Positions 50,001-59,000 of a stretch of 64,000 bases of DNA are shown here, in pieces. Each line of letters starts with the position of its first letter. Position 1 is the first letter of the stretch. This DNA is from a virus: IMG/VR virus record IMGVR_UViG_3300044951_001239, positions 1 through 64,000 of that record; one strand, written 5' to 3'. The notes under the pieces are model-generated. The model was not told the origin of the DNA, searched no databases, and saw only the letters and a program-made list of their open reading frames with translations. A program made the translations under genes and the position numbers.

Positions 50001-53000
50001 AGGTGCAGTTTACATGTTTGACTATTTACCATTGTACAGTGAAAATATAAACAACCCTGGTCAATTCGTATATGCTCAAAGTACAAATGCCCAAAACTTG
50101 AATTATGGTGCTCAACCATATTATGGATCTGCGCTAGATTTCAACAATAATAGAGTTACTATCGGTACACCAAACTTTGTTCCAACTGGATATGCCAACG
50201 ATATCTTTGGACAAGTTGTTACTTATGTTAGTACCGCAAGCACTCCGGATTGGGCAGTGTTTAGACAATCTTCACCAATTGTTGATGTTAATGGTATATT
50301 CAACATTCAATTGTTTAGTGCAATGACTAATCAAACATTAGAAAACTTAGATTATATCGATCCTCTACAAGGAAAACTATTGGGGGCTGTAGCAGAAAAT
50401 ATTGATGTTGTGTCAAATATTGACCCGGCAGCTTATAATTCAGCAGGGTCAACACAAGGTGGAAAAGTTTGGGCAGCAGAGAATGTGGGTAGACTTTGGT
50501 TTAATACATCAAATACTCGTTTTATGAATTATCATCAAAATGATGTTCAATATAACAGCCAGTATTGGGGCAGAGTATTCCCTGGAAGTAATGTCAGTGT
50601 TTATTCTTGGATTGCAAGCCAAGCTATCCCTTCACAGTATGCTGGACCAGGTAACCCGTATGATGTTAATAGTTATTCTATTCGTGGAATAGTCAATGCA
50701 GAAGGATTGATTACACCAATTTATTATTACTGGGTAAGAAATACAAATGTTGTGTTCACATTAATAGGTAAAACATTAGCAGATAGTACACTTGAGTCTT
50801 ATATTTCTCAACCACAACAATCTGGTATCAGTTACTTTGCTCCATTATTACCTAGTGTGTTTGGATTATACAACTGTGCAGCTTATATCAATGCAAAAGA
50901 TACAGTATTGCACATTGGTTATTCAGAAACAACCAACGATGATGTTGCACACAATCAATATAGTTTGATTCGTGATGGATATCCTGAAGATTTCTTAAGC
51001 GGTGTTCCTGGCTCAGGTGCCGCCTTTCAATTTCACGCCGCAGTGGGCATAACAGAACCTATTGGGTTGTACAATAGGATGTTAGACAGTATGTGTGGAG
51101 TTGATAATGCCGGCGGAGTTGTACCTGATCCATTGTTGCCAAAAGCAGTTCAAACTGGTATATTAGCTAGACCAAGACAAGGTTTCTTCTATAATAGATT
51201 TGGTGCTCTAGAAAATTACTTGCAGTATGCTAACACTGTACTAGCACAGTTCCCTATCATAGAGATAAGAAACCCTAAATTCTTATATAGAACAGGGGAA
51301 TTCTTTGACACCGCTCAGTATTGGAATACTATAAATTGGTGGGCAATTGGATATAACAATAATACCAAATCATCAATACAAGTTCCGATATATGCAGATT
51401 TATCCACACTAAATGTACCTAATGGCACTATTGTAACAGTGGCATCAAATGCTGCAGGTAATGCAGAGACTTACATTTACTCTGGCTCCGGCATCTGGAC
51501 TAGAATTGGGTTAGCTAACGGTACTATTGAATTTAGTAGTAAATTGTGGGACTACGCTGAGGCTATGTTAGGTTTTGGTGATAACTTCTTTGACACTACG
51601 CCGTATGATGAATATCCGTCAGAAGAAACACGATATATAATTCGTTCATTGAATGAGGAAATTTATACTAACGAATTGTTAGTCTTTAGAAATAAGAGTT
51701 TGATATTACTGTTTGAATATATTCAAAGTGAAACTATTGAAAGTCAAAACTATCTAACATGGTTAAACAAAACATCATTTATAGATGTTTCTCACACTAT
51801 TCGTGAATTGCTTCCGTTAGAAGTATTCCGTTCTGATAATCAATTGTTCTTGGAAGGTTACTTGAATGAGGTCAAACCATATCATGTAGTAATCAAAGAA
51901 TTTATCTTTAAATATACTCGTACGGATATATATGAAGGTGACATAACTGACTTTGATTTGCCGGCTCAGTACAATTCAAGTATAGAACAATTTGTTACCC
52001 CTGAATTAGTGTATGCTAACGCAAGTGGTGATAATCAATATCTACCTTCAGATCCGATCTGGCAAACTGCTCCGTATAGTCAATGGTTTGCTAACTATGG
52101 TTTAAGTATATCTGGCCAAGATGGATATCAAATATCTGTGCTAGCATCTTATATGGCATTGAATACAACTACGTGTTATGTTGACAATGTAAATGGTTTT
52201 CCTGTATCAGGTACTATAATTCTCGGTGAAGAAGTTATGAGTTATGCCAGTAGAAATATAGCAACAAACCAATTGACTGGAATTTCAAGAGGTATACTAG
52301 GTTCTACTACAACTGTACATATTCCAGGGGAAGATATCTTTATAAACTTGCCTGCTGTATTAGTACTTAATGAAGGCAGAAATTATGCAACTCCACCTAG
52401 AGTTACTGCACATGTTGATACTTCCATATATCCTGTACCAAGAGTTGTTGCACAATTTGAACCAGTAATGAGTTTGGGAAGTTTGATTGGAGTAAATGTA
52501 ATTAACCCAGGTGAAGGTTATGCTGTTTTGCCTGAGATCATTATTGATCCTGCATTCACTGTTTTAGTAGATAGTACACAGGTAAATATTGTAACTAATA
52601 CCATTGGTATAACTACTCCTGCATTACAAACAGGTGATTTAGTAATTTATACTGTAGCACCAAATAGCACCCCAATCTCAGGATTGACTCCGGGACAACA
52701 CTATTATGTAAATCTACTGGAGATCACACCGTCCTCGGTGTTTGCACTGTATACTTCATACTTAACTGCGATAAATGATCATGACCGCGTGATTTTGTCA
52801 GCACAGGGTAGCGGAACTCAGCAGTTTAGTGCAGGAGCAATTGCAAGTTGTGTTACTAGTTCAGCACCAACTAGAGAAAACACTATTGTTCTACGGTTTG
52901 ATAGAACAAGTTATACTTCTCAGGTAATAAATTGGACACCGTCAGGATTCTATGCCGGGGTAATTGACACCAGCGTACAGGCTTCTTCCGCAATAACATT

Positions 53001-56000
53001 AGAAAGCACTGTCCCACCTATCAGTACTATTTTAGCAAGCGCCGGCGGTGAAAGTTTTGAAATATTGAATACGACAAATCAACAAACATTGACTTGGTCT
53101 TCAAGAACAAGAGCTACTATTCAGACGTATGGATCAGCGACATCTTATCCAAATGCAATAAGAATAAATCCTAATATAGGTGGAGCACCAGTTGAGGGTA
53201 AAATAGGGTCTACTATAGGGTTCTACATTGGCATGCCAGTTAAATTTGTAGGTTCAGTAATTGGCACTACCTTAACTAACAGTGTAACTTACTATGTAAA
53301 ATCATTGATACAATTGCCAAATACTATTACTAGTGTATTAGAAGATACTGGATTCACTATTTCTACTACCGTAGATAACAATGGTAACCCTGGAGCAGTA
53401 CTTGTACAAAATACTGCTTCTATCGTAGCTGCTGGACTTACCTTGTATGTAGGAGAATTGACAAATCTTGCCGTATTGACTATCAATTATGCTGGAATTA
53501 GAACTGCTACTAACACTGTCGCCGTTACTAATAATATTACTGTTCAATTAACTCCAACTGGATTAGCAGGAACTACCGGATTCTATTTAGGCACTACGAT
53601 ATTCTTTACTGGTAATGTATTTGGTGGAATAGTTGAGAATGAAAATTATTATGTAATAACTATCATTGACAATCAAACATTCACTATGTCAACTGATGCT
53701 AATCCTACGACATTTAGTGTAACTGAAACTTTGGCTAGTAATAATTCTATTATATGTGAAAGTGCTACCGGGCTAGCAGCAAATAATCCTATAATATTTA
53801 CTGGAACAACCTTTGGTGGACTAGTTGCAGGTACAACTTATTATGTAAGAGAGATATTTAGTGGTAATACATCATTTTCTATTGCAGCAACAGTTAACAG
53901 TGCTGCAATTATATTAACTAATGACTCAGGGTCATGTACTCTTACAAATCAAATTAATGCAGTTGAGTTAACCACAGGTTCAGGTAGTATGACATTAAAT
54001 GTTGGACTACCTATAAGTCCAGGACAGATTGAAGGACAAGCATTTACTTTCTATGAAACGTCCTTACCATATTCTAATGTATCCGGTACTGCTTCTAACT
54101 TATTGGCAAGAACGATTTCATCAACCCTTGCCACAGTTAATAGAATTTGTTTAGTTGAAAATTTGACAAATATCTACAACAACTTAGAATTCAATATTGA
54201 TTCTGACGTAGGTGGACTAACTGTAGCCGGAGAACCATACACGGTTAATGGGTTTGGTACAACTACAGTAACAGTTAGCAGCACTAGTGGCGGACCCGAT
54301 TATTGGTTAACATTACCTGTAGCATCTAATCCAAATATCACTGATGCATTATATGTAGGTATGCCAATAGTATTCACCGACCCATCGTTGGGTGGGATTG
54401 AAATTGGTTCAGTATATTATGTTTACTCAATAAATGCCAGTCCACCGGCGGGTACAGGGCAATTTACTATTTCTGCATTTGACACACTTTCCCAAATATT
54501 TGCATTAACAACTAGTACTGGAATAATGACCGGAATAGGTGATGACTACTTAACTATTAGCGGTGGTTATTCTTTAATAGATTCAGTTCAACCTGCAACT
54601 ATAACTAATGCTAGCCCAGCTGTAGTTACAGTGGCTAATGGCGGTGCGTTCCCTGACGGAACAGCTATAACATTTGGTTCATATGGAACTTTACCGGTGC
54701 CGTTAAACAGTATAACAACATATTATGTTATCAATCTTAGCGGTAATACATTTAATGTATCATATAGCTTAAACGGGGTAGCAATCAATACAATTACTGC
54801 AGGTTCAGGCACACATAGAGTTGCACAAACCAATGTTACATTGACCCAGCAACCTATTACTGACCCTGTATTTGATGTTAGCTATATCCTGGGAGGATAT
54901 AGAGCTTCTATCATTACACTTGGTAGTGGATATGCGGTAAACAACACTATAACAATACCCGGAACACTAGTGGGAGGAACAACTACTGCCAATGATTTAG
55001 TATTAACTGTTGCAAGTATAAATTCAACCGGTGGCGTTACATCAGCCATTGCAAGCGGAACACCTAATGGAATAGTATCTGATTACTACTTAAAAGTATT
55101 ATCAGAAAATCAAGTAGGTGTTTATAGTGATCCTAACTTGACAGTAGAAGTAAGTGGACAGAACTTCCTGTACACAGGTACTATTTCAACCGCCGCAACT
55201 GCCACTAACTCAAGCACTAATAGAGTTACTGTTACCAGTGCAGCAGAGTTCAACGTTAATGATGCGATTGTGTTTACCGGAACAACTTTTGGTAATATTG
55301 TATTGGGTCAAACTTATTATGTAAAAACAATTGATCCAGGAAATACTTGGGTGACTATTTCTGCATCAACAAGTGGAACTACTTTTGTGTTAGTTACTAG
55401 TTCAGGTACTAATATGACCATGGCCAAGTCAGGTGACTTTGCATTCTTATCAGAGCCATTCTTCTTTAGCCCAACTATTGTAAAATACAATAATCAGTTG
55501 TATCAATGTATCATAAGTAATAATGATGCTGACTTTTTCTTTAGTAAGTGGGAGTTACTAGTGTCGGGTAATAGGAAATTAAACGCATTAGATAGGATCG
55601 TTGGTTACTATCAACCCACTGTTAATATGCCCGGGGTTGATTTGACTCAATTGGTGTCAGGCATAACATATCCAAACAGCACTTATAAGGGTAATGCCTT
55701 TGCCCCCGATGATGAATATGAAGTAGACCTTATATTACAAGATCAACCATTCTACCCATCAGGGATTGATTTAAAATCTATTATATGGAATGGTCTAGTT
55801 TATATTGCTGGTTCAGACATCGGGACGTATTCAGCATTTAATGTAAGCGCAGATACTACCTCGTGGACAATCAATCAGTTATCCAACCAGACACTATCTA
55901 TAACTGACTTTATATATGCAGGAGGAAGTTATGTCATTACTACAAATAACAATGCAACCCCTGTATTAACAAGTGATAACGGATATACTTGGAGTAGTAA

Positions 56001-59000
56001 CGAGACAGTTAATGTACTGACCTCTTCATTGAATAGCGTAACATATCAAAACGGGATATATGTTGCGGTAGGGCAAAACATTATAACATCTACTGATTTA
56101 AATTCTTGGACTGAACGTTATGCGTTTACTAATGGATTAACTAATGTATTCAATGGGGTAACCTATGCTACCACTACTGGATATACAGGGTATGTGGCAA
56201 TTGGTTTGGGACAACAGACAATTGGCTCCAGTGCTGTCAATTTTGCAATCATTTATACAAGTACAGATGCATACACTTGGACACAAGTTACATTTAATGA
56301 TACATCTCTGGGATTTAATAGTATTGCATCTAATGGTCAAACAATAGTAGCTGTGGGTGACGGTGGTATAATATACACCAGCTTTAACTGTATCACTTGG
56401 TTTGCCCAATCTTCAACTATTGCTAGTAAGTTAAACAACATAATTTGGGACAGTTACAACAATAGATTCGTGGTAGTTGGCGAAACCGGGACAATATTAA
56501 CCGGTACACTTGACGGTATAACTTGGACGCAACAAACTTCGGGTGTAGCTTCAACATTAGAAAGTGTTGTTTGGAACAATACTGCACTTGAATATGTAGT
56601 AGTTGGTTTTAATAATACAATTTTAGTTAGTGCTGATGCAACTATATGGGGTAGCTCTGGAACGTTTGTAACTGCTCCGCTGGCGTACTCAATTCAAGGA
56701 GATGACTTTACACAAGGGTATGGTCCAGAAGAATTAGTACCGGGAGTAATAGCTGATACCATTATGATGACCGTGGCTACTCGTCCTGGAACAAACTGGG
56801 ATGAAACAGTTTATCAGCATGTTGGTTACAACACTGTTTCTACTGAAATAACACCAACATCTGCTTCTCAAGATGAATATAGTTTTAATAATCTAGTTAC
56901 AGTTCCTGCTCAACTTGCAGTTTTTGTAATAAATAGAAGTACTAATCTAAGTACTTCGTTGTATCGTGGAATTGACTATACAGTTGATTGGGTTAACAAA
57001 AATGTAATATTAAATACACCTATAACTTATATTGCACCTGGAAACACAGATCGTTTAAGGATTGATGTTTATGAAGTAGGTAATGGGGATCAGTTAGTTA
57101 ACGCTACCTCAGATACTGATGCATTACGACTAAACACAACTACTGGATTTCAAGAAATTTATGTAAATGCAAATTACAGCGCAAGTATCTATCAAGGATC
57201 AGGGGTAGTCAGACCAGATACTTCCTCGATATCGGTAAATGCAAGTAGTACTTCTAGCTCCACAAACGCAATAACATGCAGTGGTGTTATTGATTTCGTA
57301 TTGAATAGTCCAGTATCCTTCACAGGATCAGTCTTTGGTAACATAGTTGAAAATCAAGTTTACTATGTTAAATCAATTAGTAGTACTACAAATAGGATTG
57401 TAATTTCTGCTACTTACAATGTAAGTACAGGCACTGCAGGTGAAACTTTCTTATTAACAGACTCCACAGGTAGTATGGAAGCTGTAATTGCAGTTGGTAC
57501 AGGATTACCTTGGACACCTCCATCGGTATTTGCAAACGGAAATGCATTAGTATTAGGAACTTATGCGTCAGTTGTACAAACAACTGCAATTACAAACTCA
57601 ATCACCACTGTTAGTACAGGTGGATTGATAGTTGATACCCCGGTTGTTTTTAGTTCAACTATGTTTGGTAATGTAACTCCGCATGTGGTATACTATGTGC
57701 ATAGTATTATCAGTAGTACTCGCTTTACTATATCAGCGACTCAGGGTGGATCTATATTAGCATTAATTGATGCAGTTGGCGGTGCCACATTAGTTTCTAA
57801 TGATTATGCATTTAGTATTGCTGACAATGGAATTACCGCAGCAATGGTGTTAGCAAGTACATATGATGTTACTACGGATTATTTAACTTATACGATTATG
57901 GGTGAAACATTGCCTGAGCAGTTTGGATATACACTTCCCCAAGTTCAACTGTTTAGTGGAAATGGGTCAACTGCATTATTTGCTTTAACTAACTATGTTA
58001 GTGGTAATAATCCAAACAATGCTATTGTAGAAATTAACGGGATTAGACAAACTGCGGCAGCTTATACAATAAGTGCTATCAGCAATACGATATTGTTCAA
58101 TAGTCCTCCTGCGGTAGATTCTACGATAGCAGTTACAACTTACAACCAAACTCAGCGTCAGTATTTAAATACTCAATACGATATCACAGGGTCTGGTGAG
58201 GCGGTGGCAAGTATCACGGTTAGTGACACTACACACTTGTTAAGTGGATTTGATCAAGATACACCCACAGTGGCAACATTTGATCAAGATACCCCCACAG
58301 TAGTATTGTTTGACCAAGAACTAAACTATTTGACATTAGCATCTGGCACAACTAGTCAATTGATTATCAACAGCGCAATAGTGTTTCAGAATGTAATCGG
58401 TGGCATAATAGCTGGACAAACTTACTTTATTACAGAAATATTGAATTCTACTGACTTTGTTATCTCAACTCAAGTTGGTGGTTTACCGTTTGAAGTTACA
58501 ACTGACAGTGGAGCAATGACTAGTGTGGTCAGTGGATTAACGGTAGCTGCTATTGTTGGAATTGATAATTCTCTTAGTGCGCCATTAGTAATTAATGTGT
58601 CTGGTACGGTAGCTGCTGATAATTCAGTAACATGCAATGATACTACGAGTTTAGTAGTAGGGCAAGATATAATATTCAAAGCTATAGTAGTTACAGTTGC
58701 CGGAGTGTTAATTAGCGGTGATGAATATGAAATTATTACATTAGGTGATACTACTCAATTACAGTGGAATACTGCTGCAGGAACAGTAGGTGTTGATTAT
58801 TTAGTAGGTAGTGTATTTACCGCAGTTTCTACTGGTGGCGGGGTAGGTACTGGTACAGTGTTGCTTTCAAACTTAGGAGGAATTAGTACACTAGGTCAAG
58901 TTTACTTTGTCCGAGCAATAATAGATTTAACACATTTTACAATACAAGATCAAGGTGGTAACATAATTGTTCTTACTGATACTTCAGGCTATAACTTATT